A stretch of DNA of 64,000 bases from the human T2T-CHM13v2.0 reference genome, Homo sapiens, in assembly GCF_009914755.1 (NCBI RefSeq), contig NC_060926.1. One strand, written 5' to 3'. Positions 41,736 to 55,250 of the stretch are shown one piece after another. A model generated the notes under the pieces. That model was not told the DNA's origin and ran no database searches. It was given only the letters and a program-made list of their open reading frames with translations. The position numbers and the translations under genes were made by a program. Position 1 is the first letter of the stretch, and each line of letters begins with the position of its first letter.

Positions 41736-44344
41736 CATTAATTGGTTCTTAATTGAACAATGTGCTTCCAATTTTCAAAACCCAGCAGAGTATAAAACGG
41801 AAGAAGTCAGACTCTTGCTCTTTGGAATAGAAAGTCATATGGGTAAAGATACAGTTCATAAGGATTAAACTCTCACAGAGGTTGGAAGCTGTCACACAAG
41901 CACTTCCCCACTCAGTTCATAAGGTACAGCTCTTCAGGTTTTCTATTTTTACATGGAAACAGCTTAATGCTACTTGTTTGGAGGAGAGCATGATCCTAGG
42001 GTGTAAGATGATGACGAAAACTTCCTTCGCTACTTGATTTCTGGAAAACTGAGATCTTTTAATGTAGCTGTGTGTTGTGTATGGTTAATTATTTCCTCTG
42101 TAAATAAATAGCTTGATCTTAATTTTTGTTTAAAATAAACGACCATTGGGAAGTAGCTGGTTAATTCCAGGATCCAGGAGTTTCTTATCTGCAATTAAAT
42201 GTGGGCCAAAAGGTCTACTTTCCACCTAAAATTAAAAACCTGTTTGTTCATGTTCTCTCTTTGGAAATGTTCCACGTACAGGCAAGTTTATTTTTCTATT
42301 CTGAAGAAATATTATTTTTAAACAGGGGCTGTGTTCTGAATTCATATGATGTGAAAAGTCAGAGATGGAAAGAAAGTTAGTTTCTTGGAACAAATAAACC
42401 TTAAAAAAAAACCCCAAGTTTCTGAGCTGTTTTTCCCCAATATTGCTGTGCCTTGGGGGGAAAATCAAGCTGAATTCCTTAGATCAGGATGCTTAAGAGT
42501 TAGATATTTCTTTCAGTCTCATCTGTATCATGCTTTTTCATCTTACAAGTAAGAGAGAGGTTTTTCTAATTGCATCTTCAAACATGGATCGTTCGTCAAA
42601 GTTGACTATTTCTGCCTCTTGCATCAGAAGTAGAAATTATACTCTTTCTCCCCCTTGCATCATAAAACATGGTTCCACGTAGCACTTCGTTTGCAATTGA
42701 TAATGCAATAGTTAGAGACTTTGCTTCTTTCAGGGATGCACTGGTCCCATGGTTATTGTAAAAGTAGATAGAAAAGGGAAAAAAACAGTCCATGAGACAA
42801 TGCCATTTTAACTACAGTCTCTCTGAACATATTGTGTGTGTTTTGATGACATTAATATATTTTGGATTAGGATACAGTGAGATTGTGATAAAACCCCCTT
42901 TAGATCACCTACGAATAAAATACAGCTATTGCTTCTCATTAATAGAGAATCCTTGTAGAATTGTATCCTTTAACAACAGAGTCTGAAATAAAGGTCAACC
43001 AAAGGTGTGTCTAAGGAACACTCGGTGATCTCCAGCGAGCTAACTAGGATCCATGCCCCACTGTGGAAGGCCTCTGATTCTCACTTCTTGTGGCAATGTA
43101 CTATGCCAACACTCTGATCACACATCTTCAAGCTAATTACTCTCATTCACTCAACATCCATTCCTTCTGCTCTAACAAGACCTCCTTAAGGATCATTGGG
43201 ACTGAACCTGCGTCTGAAGCAAGCATGGCAGCAATGCTGCCACAAGAGATAAATGTTTCCCTGGGTACAAACTCAATAAGTGAAACATTTGACAAAGAAG
43301 AATGCCCTTGGCAGCCCTGCTCAATCTCTCTAAGAAATTGACACTGTAGAGTACAGGCACAAAGCCCAGATAAGGACAGCTACAAAAAGCTTTTGTAAGC
43401 AAAGTAATCAGGCCCATGTCAACTGGTCTGTCCTTTCGTGATCTCTTGCCTGGACAGTTAGTGAAACCTGATCAATGAGATATTTTTCAACATTTGTGGC
43501 AAATCGTCTATCAGTGCAAGGTGATGCTCAACAGCAATGACCTAAAAAGTGTGGAGGCGGGGCAATGAGAAAATGGCCTCTGGTGTGAGGAGAGTGTTGC
43601 CTACAGTAGATTAGGACTTTTAGGACCCTCTTGCCACCTATTGCTCATCCAGCAGAATTCAGTCACTCTTAGGCAAGTGGCTGTGCTCAGCTAATTTCTG
43701 CACTATATACTTATGACATCTGCATTGCTTGCTGTTTCTGGGGATGGGGAAGATACAAAGATCCCTCTTTGGGTGACTTCCTCCAACCCAGTTGTTTCAT
43801 CTGTAAAATAGGGATAAACAGTTATAGGTAGAAATTGTCATTATTCAATCCAATAATCTGCTCAAGTCATTCACCAATTTAGAAATCTTTCTCTTTCAAT
43901 ACATAGAATGCCCAGGCTCCATGTTGGCCACTGCGAGGGACTATCACTGTGAGGGTCCCTGCTGAACACCAGGAGTTTGCTGCTAGAGGGGGATATGTCA
44001 CATACATGTCACTGATAGAGAGGCAGATGAATTTCACAGAGTTAGTATAAACAGAAAGGCACTTCAAGAAGCACTAGAGCACCTGATGTGGAAATTAAGA
44101 GGAATTAAGAGGAAGGGCTCCTGGGAGGTGGGCATTTGAGGCTGGCATCAAAGATGTATACAATGTAAAGCTGTAGAGATGGAAAGTAAACGATGCAAAT
44201 GGGAATACCATGACAGAGAGGCTCCTTGTTAGATGCGTAGGATGTCTGAGCCCTAGAGAGCATGATCTGGGTATGCATAGGAAGCTTATTAACAATGGAT
44301 TTTCTGCTGCGACATTTCTAAACTGTTCATATACACTTAACTTA

Positions 44345-44600
44345 GAGGGTCAGTGTGGTAAGTAGGTAGAGACAGGGACTTGAGAACCACAGAGCCTAGG
44401 TTTATATTCTAACTCCGCTACTCACCAGCTCTATGACCTTGGGCAAGTTATTCAAACTCTTTGTACCTCAATTCCATCAGCTATAAAATGGGTATCATTG
44501 TAATACCACCTCACAGAGGATGGTATGAGGCTGTTACAAAGATTAAATCAATTATTTAAAGCATCCAGAACAGGCCTAGAACACAGTAAATGCTCAATAT
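44345..44600 (+). mobile_element. MIR
   Basis: AGCTCTATGACCTTGGGCAAGTTATTCAAACTCTTTGTACCTCAATT...ACAGTAAATGCTCAATA. Confidence 0.85.
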
Positions 44601-44809
44601 GATCTTTCTCTTCTAGTTCTCACACAACCCTGTGAGGGTAAGTGCGAATGACAGAAGAGGAATTAGTATCATTCAGAAACCACACAAAGGCCTGGCAGAG
44701 TTAGCAGTCACAGCAAGTCCCCTGTCTCTCAAAAACATGCTTCATACACCCCAATGAACCCAAAGTGACAGAAACCTTAGGCACACCTCGTGTCCACTGA
44801 TGATTCACA

Positions 44810-45032
44810 CAGTGGTTTTACACACACACATACGCACACACATACACACGACAGTTTGGCAACGTCTGGAGATGTTTTTGGTTGTCACGATTTGGGGGAT
44901 GTTACTGGCATCTAGTGGGTAGAGGTCAATTATGCTGCTAAAAATCTCGCAGTGCAGAAGACAACACCCCCGCAACTGCAACAGATGATTATACAGCCCC
45001 AAATTTCCACTGTGCTGAGGTTAAGAAACTGA
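44810..45032 (+). mobile_element. MER20 hAT-Charlie with an internal (CA)-rich tract
   Basis: CAGTGGTT...TTTGGCAACGTCTGGAGATGTTTTTGGTTGTCAC...ACTGGCATCTAGTGGGTAGAGG...GCTGAGGTTAAGAAAC. Confidence 0.9.
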
Positions 45033-45356
45033 CGTAGGGCTGTCTCTCGAAGAGGCGTTCATGTTTAAATACTTCAGCAAGACTCCCTTTTACATAAAAT
45101 ACTTTGCTAAAAACCATCAAAGCAAAGGGAAAGTTGTGCAGCCAGTGAAAAATCTAAGTGTTGATGAAATTGTTGAAGGTTTTCCTCTTGAAAAGGATGT
45201 GTGTGGTCATGAAAAATAAAAGCATACCTAGCAGCATGGGAAAAGAAAAGAGAATCACCTGAAATCACTATCTACTAAAGAAAATTCTAAAAAGCAGTTC
45301 AGCTGCTATAAAAGGCAAAAAGCACATGCCTGCTGCCTGCAGTGTTTAATCCAGTG

Positions 45357-45357
<1 letters not shown>

Positions 45358-45392
<35 letters not shown>
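45358..45392. repeat. (CA)n microsatellite, about 17 units
   Basis: Direct reading. Confidence 0.95.
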
Positions 45393-45395
<3 letters not shown>

Positions 45396-46232
45396 TACAT
45401 ACATGTCTAGTCAACAAAAATAAGTTATTTCCAACTGCAGCTCAAGTCTAACTCAACTGTTGAAAGTGCTAGGAAAAAATGTCTCCCTCTTTCTATAGCT
45501 AATCATTTGATCTGTAAATATCACTTATTCCATTGACTGTCCTATTATTACACTTTTTCTTTTTAAATGGCCATTAAATCAGGTATAAAAGAGCCATTAG
45601 TTTCTACTATAAATAGTCACAGGCACTAAATACTTCATTGTTTGAATTAGTCACTGTAGTTTACGCAGATGAAATTCTCTTCGAAGGTGTGGTTTTATGC
45701 CTTCTGTCAGCCACTCTTATCTTCCCCCAGTCCTGGGAATAATAACTCAGTTTCCAAACACATTAAATGCGTTGTAAATAGTACATGCCTCCATAGCACC
45801 ACCTCGATGGACTGATCCACCTTGTTGTGGTGTCATAAATTTGAAGGCATCTCATAAAAGCCGCCATATCCAGCCAGATATTCATGTTCGGAGACTTACT
45901 AAGCAGTTCAGAAAAGCACCTCACCTTGCTCGTTTTCCCCCGCTATCTCTCTCATCTTTGCTCCTGGAGACGCATCATTATTTGATCTTAATAATAATAA
46001 GTTATTTAAAAAGGCATTTGTATGAAACTTTACAATCTGTGAAGCACATTTAAGTATTTGATCCTCATAACAATACTTTGAGCTTGGAGTGGCAGCTTTT
46101 ACAAAATTATCGCAGTTTTGTAGTTAAGGGAACACAATACTGTGTACTTACGTCATATAAAAATGGCGTCTCGGGCCTGAGGTGAGCTTAGGTGAGCAGG
46201 ACCTCCAGGAGATGTTCTCATGGGCCTTTGTT

Positions 46233-46853
46233 TGTCTTATTTGGGTTCCCTGTGAAGCAGAACTTGAGACATAGATTAGAGTTTAAGTGGTTTGGGAGAT
46301 GATGCCAGGAAGTATCAGGAGGGGAGTGGGGAAAGACGACAGGGAAGGGAAAGGAGAGAGTAATGGGTCATTTATGGAACAGGTTACCTGTGGACCCTGG
46401 GGGCTTACTCATGCCGTGCTGAAGAGTCTGGGAGATAGTGTAGAGGGATCCACTGAACGCAGAGGAGCAGGAGTACCAATCCTCCAACCTCCGCCCGTTA
46501 TTGTCTGAAGGCTGTTCTTTCCTTTGGGGCTAGAGGAGATTGACTCTGGCACTCTGTCCAGACTCAGGGAAAGCCCCCAGCATTTCGGGTCCTAAGGACA
46601 CTATCCCCGGCCCAGCAGAAGGCTGTTCAGAGTAGGTGCTGCTTGAAAAACATCCCTTAGTCTCTTCCCAGTGCATGTAAAAATCCTAATTACTCACTAT
46701 TCACTGTCTTTTTTGTACGTTCATTCTCTCTGATTTGGCAAAACTGAAATGTCATCCAGGTGACCATGATTTTCATTGGGAGGATTGCCTGAGGACACTA
46801 AGGCAAGCCAATGGAGGCAGGAGTGCCCAGGGGAGTGCAGACACCTGTCTTCA
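46233..46853 (-). mobile_element. LTR16-family ERVL LTR, interrupted at 46600-46785
   Basis: TTGGGTTCCCTGTGAAGCAGAACTTGAGAC...TTTGGGAGATGATGCCAGGAAG...GGGAAGGGAAAG...GGAAAGCCCCCAG. Confidence 0.65.
46600..46785 (-). repeat. 186-bp inverted copy of 48616-48801 (8 mismatches), flanked by a 13-bp duplication
   Basis: Base-by-base reverse-complement alignment; CCTAAGGACACTA at 46591-46603 and CCTGAGGACACTA at 46788-46800. Confidence 0.96.
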
Positions 46854-49326
46854 AAATCAACACTATCAAGTACGGTGCCAAACCTACTCAGTGAGAACAT
46901 AGAGGTGGACCTTAGCTCACTTTTCTGTGCAATTTTTGTCTCCAATTTCCTGGTGATATTTATCTTTTTATCGTGAAAGACCCTCCTCTCCACTTACTTC
47001 TGAGTTTAGCACCCTCCCATGCTCTCCTTCCCCACTTACTGGTGGAATATCTCCTTCTCTCTTTAAGGTTTCTTCTCAGATTATGGATATACTGCAAGGC
47101 ACAGATGACTGATAAACTGTCTCGCTTCTTAGGAGGGAAAACACATTGAAGTCTTAATCCACATCAGTCTCTGAAGGTGGTCCTGGGCCCTTATATTATT
47201 TGGTTTGGCCCACTCAAAGTTTAAAATATTAAATTAGTTGTCAAATTTTTGCAATATTAAAAGATTTAACCTACAAATTGGAATTTCCTTCTTCTACTCA
47301 GTCGGTAACTCAACCCTCTTGAAGGCAAGACAAGGATCTGCTGGAGTCGAGTGGAGACTGCCCGTCTAGACAGGACACACACTCTCCAGTTAACCACATC
47401 CGTGCCACCCTTACATCCAGCCATCTTCACCCATTCCAGCCACTTGCCTCCTTCTGCAGGGTTTTGAATTTATGATACCTGGCCTGTAGCCCTTAGAGAA
47501 GTGAGAGAAGATTCACAGAGGTTGTTGCCTTTAGTTGCTATCCTGTCAGTGTCCTTGAAATCACACCATCTAGGATGTAATTATTCTTAGCACTTACCTA
47601 ACCTTCTAGCTCTGTAAGAAAGTAACAGAGGGTTTTCTTTTTTTTTTTTTTTTTAGATCTTCATATAAGGAATGACCCAGATGATTATATAAATCTACAT
47701 TTAATTTTCATTAGAATTGTCCTAGGTAGTGCTTGAACTTTAAATCCTGTAGAGTAGAAGCAAATCTGTGTTTGCAATAGAAATTGCCAGAAGAAAGAAC
47801 AAGGAAGACATTTAGATAATTTCATCTGGGTGTGCAAAGTCATCACAAGATCCATCTTTCCATTATCTGGAAGTTGGGAGCCACCTGTTTTTCATGACGG
47901 TCTGACGGTTGGAATGAGAAGCTGTAAGTTTAATTAAGTTACTCGTGTGGGAGGAACGCGCTTTGCAGCAGCAGTTAGATTATTAATGGACTCCTATATT
48001 GAAGTGTTCACATTTTTGAAAGGCTAATTACAATATAATTTTAGGTTTAAAATATTGCTTTGCCAAGGGTAGAAGTTGTGTCATGTATTATTAAGTGGTA
48101 CTTTACTTTTTCAGTCTTGAGGGAAATATGGGTTTGGTTATGGTAATCTTTAATATCCAGTTATTTCCCTCACTTCCCCACTTGACGCTTCTAACTCCTG
48201 GAAAAGGAAAATACGCTCCGTGGCTGTCAAGTACCAAAAAGTTACACTGGAGTTATCTTGGATTCTTCTGATTTTTTTAAATAAAGAAAGCCAACCTGCT
48301 TATAGGTTGAGTAAACTCAGTTTCACATTTGTCTTTGCTGCCTGAGACCCATGATTTTATCAGCTGTACAATCTCAACATTCTAGGGGAAGACTGAACAG
48401 GAAATTAAGGGTTCTAAGAGGTAGCTGCCTAATGAGCTAATTCTGGAATCCATTCTACTATTACCTGGTTATAGATGCACAAGTAGGGCTCTAGTTGATT
48501 GTAATGGGAATCCCATGTTTTTTTATTCAACGACCTAATTTAGAGTCTTTGTGTTGGAAGCTGTGTTTACTGCATATTCCAAACTGAAATCAACACACAT
48601 TCCTTCCACCCACATATCCTCCCAATGAAAATCATGGTCACCTCGATGATATTTCAGTTTTGCCAAATCAGAGAGAATGAACGTACAAAAAATACAGTGA
48701 ATAGTGAGTAATTAGGATTTTTACATGCACTGGGAAGAGACTAAGCAATGTTTTTCAAGCAGCACCTACTCTGAACAGACTTCTGCTGGGCTAGGGATAG
48801 TCTAGTGGCTGTGATTAGCTAGATTTGTCCGCTCTAAAAGCTGCCCACCAGCCCAGTGCCTCCATGTTCTTCTCTGGACAAGCATTGCAGTGGCTGGCTG
48901 AGTACATTGCAATGATGCAAGGGTCAATTTCCTCCCATGAAACTGTGCTGTGTTTTATTTTTAAAAAATCCTTCTGCCTGAAGGAAGTGCTCGAACGAAG
49001 GAAAAAGCCTTTGTTTGACCTGGAAGATGACCAGTTTCTTAGGCTAATCATGTCACTCTTTTGTGGAAAAGCTACACTTTCTCCTGTGCCATGGTTGGAA
49101 AAATTGACATGGCCAATCCCTAGCAGCGAGCTGCGATTCTGCCATTCAATACTTTGTGTAGTCAGTTGCACCAAAATTCCATCATTGTGGGACCAGAAGG
49201 GTGCCCACAGAAACCAAAATGACACAAGGCATTCTCTTACAGGAGTATCCCAAGGCCAGGGATTTTCCCACATGTTTTTGGGCCTGTGGCAGAAGTCTAA
49301 CCTTCCAGCTCTATAGGAAAGTAACA

Positions 49327-49804
<478 letters not shown>

Positions 49805-50461
49805 TTACCCCAACCAAAGCTTCCCTCAATAATTGTTTAAATATTTTCAGTTCTAACTTGTGCTTGTGAGTCAGCACCTCACCCTGGATTTTGCTCTTAT
49901 GTTTTATCCTGATAGTCCAATTCTCTGATCCCTCCAGCTTTAGCTGCTTAATTGCTGAGAGTGGAAGAGAAGAAAACTTCAACCACGTGTGTGTATCTAT
50001 TTGCAATATTAAGGGGTTTAGAAAGAGTAGGGAGGAAGGGAAATGCCAAACTGCTCATAGGAATGCCCCGAGATTGGTGAGGCCATGGTAGTGGATGAAG
50101 AAAAACAGCCCTTGTTGAGCAACAAGTATGAACAAGACTCTCTGATATTGTTCTGCTTGGGCTTAAAGTTGTCTAGAGTTGGTCAGAGTTATAGGTGAGT
50201 CTTTGATCTTGAAATGCAAGAACGCCAGATGGCCCATAAACAGACTGAACTGAGAACCTTGTATACTAGAGGTTATAGCTAGTAGCTATAACCAGAAACT
50301 GTGAGAGACTGAGCAAAGTCACTTGATTTACTCAGATTGAAATACATGCAAGTTAATGAAGTGAGTGATAAAGCAAGTGATGGCTTGGTATTAAGGTCTC
50401 TTTGGGATTTTATTACAGTTGCAGAGTTTGGGGGTACAGAAAAAGGAGGAACAGGTAGTAA

Positions 50462-50647
50462 GTTTTTTGTTTTCTTCTCAGAGACATGGTCTTGCTCTGT
50501 TACTCAGACTGGAGTGCTGTGGTGCGATCATAACTCACTGCAGCCTCAAACTCCTGTGTTCAAAGGACCCTCTTGCCTCAGCCTTCCGAGTACCTGGGAC
50601 AACAGGTGCAAACCACAATGCTCAGCTAATTAAAAAAAAAAAAAATT
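50462..50647 (-). mobile_element. AluJ right-arm fragment
   Basis: GAGACATGGTCTTGCTCTGTT...GATCATAACTCACTGCAGCCTCAAACTCC...CAGCTAATTAAAA. Confidence 0.85.
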
Positions 50648-51749
50648 AAAGACTTGCTAAATTGGCCATGCTGAGTGGAAAGTTTTTAAAGGCCCCCTAG
50701 TTCTCGCAGTGCCTCAAGCAGAGAGGGTTAGCTCTAAGGGCTGCTTAGGTAACTCAGCCCTCAAGCTCTCTAAAATAAAATTCCCCAGTGGTGGAAATCC
50801 AGATGCTTGGGGCTCCTCGGGTAACTTTCTTCAGTGCCTCAGGTTGCTAGGATATGTGTGCAAAAGACCCAAGGCATCCTACAGTGACCTCCTATGGCTC
50901 TTTTTTTCTAAGGGCAAACACCCTCATGCCCAGCTTGAAGCCTTATCAACTATGGATCCCACCACTTCAGAAATGGGTGACCAGGTTCTTCCTTGTTTCA
51001 TCCTTCTGCTTTTAAAATTGCTGAACAATTATTTGACGTCATTTCTTCTTTCCATTTATCATTTCCAATTCCAGTCCCATGCCACTTGTAGTCTACACTG
51101 CCTGTGTGCATTCATTATCTCTGTGCACAGGCAGAGGCCTAGGTATGCAGGGCAGGTTTGCTCTACCTGCTTGCATATGAGAACTGTATGTTCAACTTCT
51201 GGCTACAGTCAGTTGCTATAATCCTTGCCTTATGTGGCTAGCATGGAATCTCTTTTCCTGGGGCTATACTCTGTCACCACCAGGAACACTCAGAGTTGCA
51301 GGTAATGTCCTCCAAACCTTATAAACTAAGATGGAGCCATGGCTGGTCCCCACTTGGCCCATCTCTGAATTTGTAACGAGCCAGGGGATAGAGGTCAAAA
51401 GATAAGAGTCTTAGCTCCAGGTGCAAAGGTGTAGACGTTTGGCTGGATGAAAAAGAGACGAGGTTAAAGAAGGTAAGAGATGTATATCAGTTACATATCA
51501 CTGTGCACTCTGGCATGCCTGCCTGCTCAGGAAATGCCTCTGCATCCTGCAACTCTTCTCACTGCTCCTGAACCCTTTTTGTCTTACTTTCTTCTGAGGG
51601 CCGTGTTTCTGCTACAGTCCCCACAAGTGGAGGCCGTTGTGCTTTTTATTTTTTCTTATATGCCACTCCTTAGGTCTTTTTTCCACCATGTGTCTTCCAA
51701 CCCCTTTCCCTTTCTTCCTTTAAGTACTCCAGTTCAGAGGAAACTCATG

Positions 51750-54700
51750 ACTTCCACTGCACTTCATCAGCTGTTCGGCAGTCCCCACCCCCCCGTCCTC
51801 ACCTTCACTAAGTCCCCTAGCACTCGGATCACTGTTTGGCTCTCCAGCTCTCCACAGGCTGTTGTTTCATCCCAGGGACTCATTCCACAGCTCAGTCTAT
51901 TCGTGGTGGTGCCTCTCCATCTCCCCAACATGCTACTCCATCCTTCTCAGCTACCTCGTCCCCTGGTGTGTTCTGATCTATGCTGCCTGTCATTGCTTCA
52001 CATCTCATTCTTAGATGCCATTTCTTGCCCTTCCAGCTCACTTCCTTTTGAACTCCCTTCCCCCCTCCCCCACACCATTGCAATGATTCATCCATGTACT
52101 GGAAACCCCCTAATCTGTGGAAACCACCTATTTTTAACTATCTATATCCATATCTGCCTATCCTGGTCTTCACTCTCCAATTTATCCAGCTAAATTCCGA
52201 AGTTCCTTCGAATCACTCTCTTGCAAACATTCTCAACTTCTCTGCTTGGCCTCCGTCATGCTGGAATTGTAACACCCTGTGAAAGGAAAATAAATCTTGG
52301 GACCCCCAAAATCACTAAGTCAAAGGGAAAAGTCGAGCTGGGAACTCTGTCAGGCAGACCTGCCTCCCATTTTGTTCCTAAATAAGATAGCTACAAAGAT
52401 TATTTTTTTAAAAAAGCTACATACCTCCCTGAAAATTTACCTACAGGACATTCCTTGTGGACCTCAAGATCTTTACCCTAAAATATCAATAGCTTATCCT
52501 CTTCACAGGTGCGGGAAAGTCCTCCCTCTGCTCACCTGAGACAAATGCATATCTGATTACTTCTTCTGCCTTATTGTTTATGTAAAAATGTAGATTCACT
52601 GAGCCAGACTAAAGCATAAATGGTTGTTCCTCTACCCGCCCGCCTCACATGTAAGTTGTATTTTCACTGAAAGTCTGTCTCTTATCTACTTGTGACCTGA
52701 AGCCACCCCCACGTCAAAGTGTTCCACCTTTCTTGACTGAACCAATGTACATCTTACACATATTGATTGATGCTTCATGTCTCCCTGTGTAATGCAAGCT
52801 GTACCCCAGTCATCTTGGGTACATATTGTCAGGACCTCCTGAGGCAGTATCACAGGTACATCCTTAACCTTGTCAAAATAAACTTTCTAAATTGATTGAG
52901 ACCTCATAGATTTTGGGTTCACAACCCCAATCACCTCTCTTCCTTGGACATACACCTAGCCAGCTCAGTGTGACTGGGAAAATAGTAAGTAACTAACCTA
53001 ACTACTTTCTTTTTGCATTTGTGACCACCCCACTTTTACCCAGATATCATGTATTTTGTTTCCCAAGGGAGGATAGCCCATCCTTTGAGACCATTAAATT
53101 TTCCCCACCTCTTCCATTCCCCTGAACTCTTAGCTGATGCCCCTTCTTTCACTCACAGAATGAATACCAAGTAAACAAAACACACTCATCCTCCCACTAT
53201 CAAATATCCAAACCTATATGCTCTTCTGTTGTGCAGGAAAGTGTCCCTGCTTCTGTCTGGTGGGAGGAAGCCTGGTGGGCTGCTTCCACCAGGGCTCTGG
53301 TATGTATCTCCTCCCACTTCTACCAGACTTTGCTCCTTATTTATCATCTCAATTTCCTGCACCATGAAACTGTGTCTCTTTCTCTACTCAATCACTCAAA
53401 CTTTTAGCTTTTAGCTGAGACTATCTTTTATTTGTTTGTTTGTTTATTTAATTTATTTGAAAGGGAAGGCATTCATGTCCTACAAATTTTGAAAAGTACA
53501 AAAAGATTTACAAAGTCGAGTCCGCCTTTCCCAAGGTACTCAAATTACTTCATTCTCTTCCCTATAGAGAGCCAGCATTTTTACCTTCTGGTTTATCCTT
53601 CTTGAAATACTTCATGCATCTGTGTAGTAACATACAAATATGTATATTCCTCTTTCCCCCTTAAAAACAAAGTTTGCACCCTGCACATATTGTTCCGCAC
53701 TTGTGTTTTTCACTTAACAGGACATGTTGGAGATGATTTCATCTTAGTTCATACGTGGCTTCCTCCTTCTGTTCTACAGCTATGTAGTTGCATCGTGTAG
53801 AAGTACCATGATTTATTTAGCCAATTCTGTATTAAATATGTGCAGTCTTTGCAAAAAAAAAAAAAAAATGCAGCCTCTGTGACCTCATCATTCCCCTTCC
53901 TGCTACTTCCTATTTTCCTGTTTCTCCTTTGATCCAAACTCCTCCAATGAGTTGCTACACATGCTGCATCTATAGCTTCATCTCTCATTCATTCTTCACC
54001 TTCTTCAATTTGGCTTCACTCTTCACTGAAATTGTATTTTCGAGGTTACCAAATTCAACGACTGCTTCTCTGATTTCATCTTACTTGAATTCTCAGCAGT
54101 ATTTCATACAGATGATCACTCTTCCCTCCTGTGTCCAGAACACTGTACACGCATGGTTTTCTATCTTCCAGTTTATGCCTTTTCTGGAGATTTCTCTACC
54201 TACCTTTCCTTTTTTGGATTGTTTTAGGTCTTCTTGTCTATGTACCCACTGTCCTTAGATAACCTCATTCTGACCTTTGGCTTTATATCTGCATGCTGGT
54301 GGTCTCCATATTTATATTTCAAACACAGACTACTCTGAACTCCATATCCAACTACCTGTTTAACATCTTCACTTGGATGTTAACTAAGAATCTCAGGCTA
54401 GATTCAAAACAGAGCTCCTGATCCTCCTCCTCCTCTCCCACAAGCCTGTTCCTCTGTCAGACTTCCCACCCCTGTACATAGCACCACTATGCATCATTGG
54501 TAAAGCTGAAAACCTAGGAGACATCCTTGACTCCTCTCTTCTGGATGTCAGTCCATATGCAAGTCCTGTTAGTTTTATCTGCAAATGTGCTCAAGCACAT
54601 CTACTTCTCTCCTTCTTCCTATCTCCCACTCCATCAAGCTACCATCCTCTCTCCCTTAGTCTACCTCAGTAACCTCCTGGGGCCTCTCTATTCCAGCTCT

Positions 54701-55250
54701 TGCCCCCTCTAATCCAATTCCCTCAAGGAGCCAGAGTGATCTCTTAAAAATGAAAACGGGATCATGTCAATCAGATCAGATCATCTTCCTACTCAAAAAC
54801 CTTCCTATGACTTTCTTTGGCACTTAGAATAAAATGAAAATTTCTTATGGTAGCCCAAAAGATCCCACAAAAGCTGGTCAGGGCCTCCCTTCCTGCCCTT
54901 ACTCCACTACCTTCAGCACCAGGCAATTGGCTGTTCCCTCCACGTGGAATATGCTTCCTTTCATCTGGACATTGCTGGCTCATTTGCGTGCTTTAAATCA
55001 CAGTCCCAATATCACCACCTCAGAGAGGCTCTCACTGACCACTCCCTCACCTATTTCTGAGATTTCTCAACAACACTCACTTTATTGCCTTCATATCAAG
55101 TGTCATATTCTATCATTATCAAATGTATGTGTTTACTTTTGATTTCTGTCTCCTCCCCTAGGACATAAGCTCTAAGAGGGCAGGACTTATTTATGACTTC
55201 TTTGGCATCTAGCTCTTGGTACAGTGCCTAGAATTTCCTGGCATCTCAAC
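51750..55250 (+). mobile_element. Long degenerate L2, interrupted by MER4A and an L1M fragment (~53430-53870)
   Basis: ACATCTTCACTTGGATGT...CATCCTTGACTCCTCTCT...GCCAGAGTGATC...CATAAGCTCTAAGAGGGCAGGAC...TACAGTGCCT. Confidence 0.75.
52278..52923 (+). mobile_element. MER4A-like ERV1 solo LTR, TSD ACCC
   Basis: TGTGAAAGGAAAATAAATCTTGGGACCCCCAAAATCACTAAG...AAATAAACTTTCTAAATTGATTGAGACC...TTCACA; ACCC at 52274-52277 and 52924-52927. Confidence 0.9.

Noticed and set aside
43630-43648. CTCF-like motif (reverse complement TGAGCAATAGGTGGCAAG)
   Set aside because: Several core mismatches; not supportable without ChIP data.
48815-49316. Overlapping 152-aa and 163-aa ORFs on opposite strands in unique DNA
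   Set aside because: Non-ATG start for the + ORF, no recognisable motif and no splice context; consistent with chance.
51480-52193. Longest ORF in the track (237 aa)
   Set aside because: The L/S/P-rich composition comes from pyrimidine-rich degenerate L2 sequence; no recognisable domain or exon structure.
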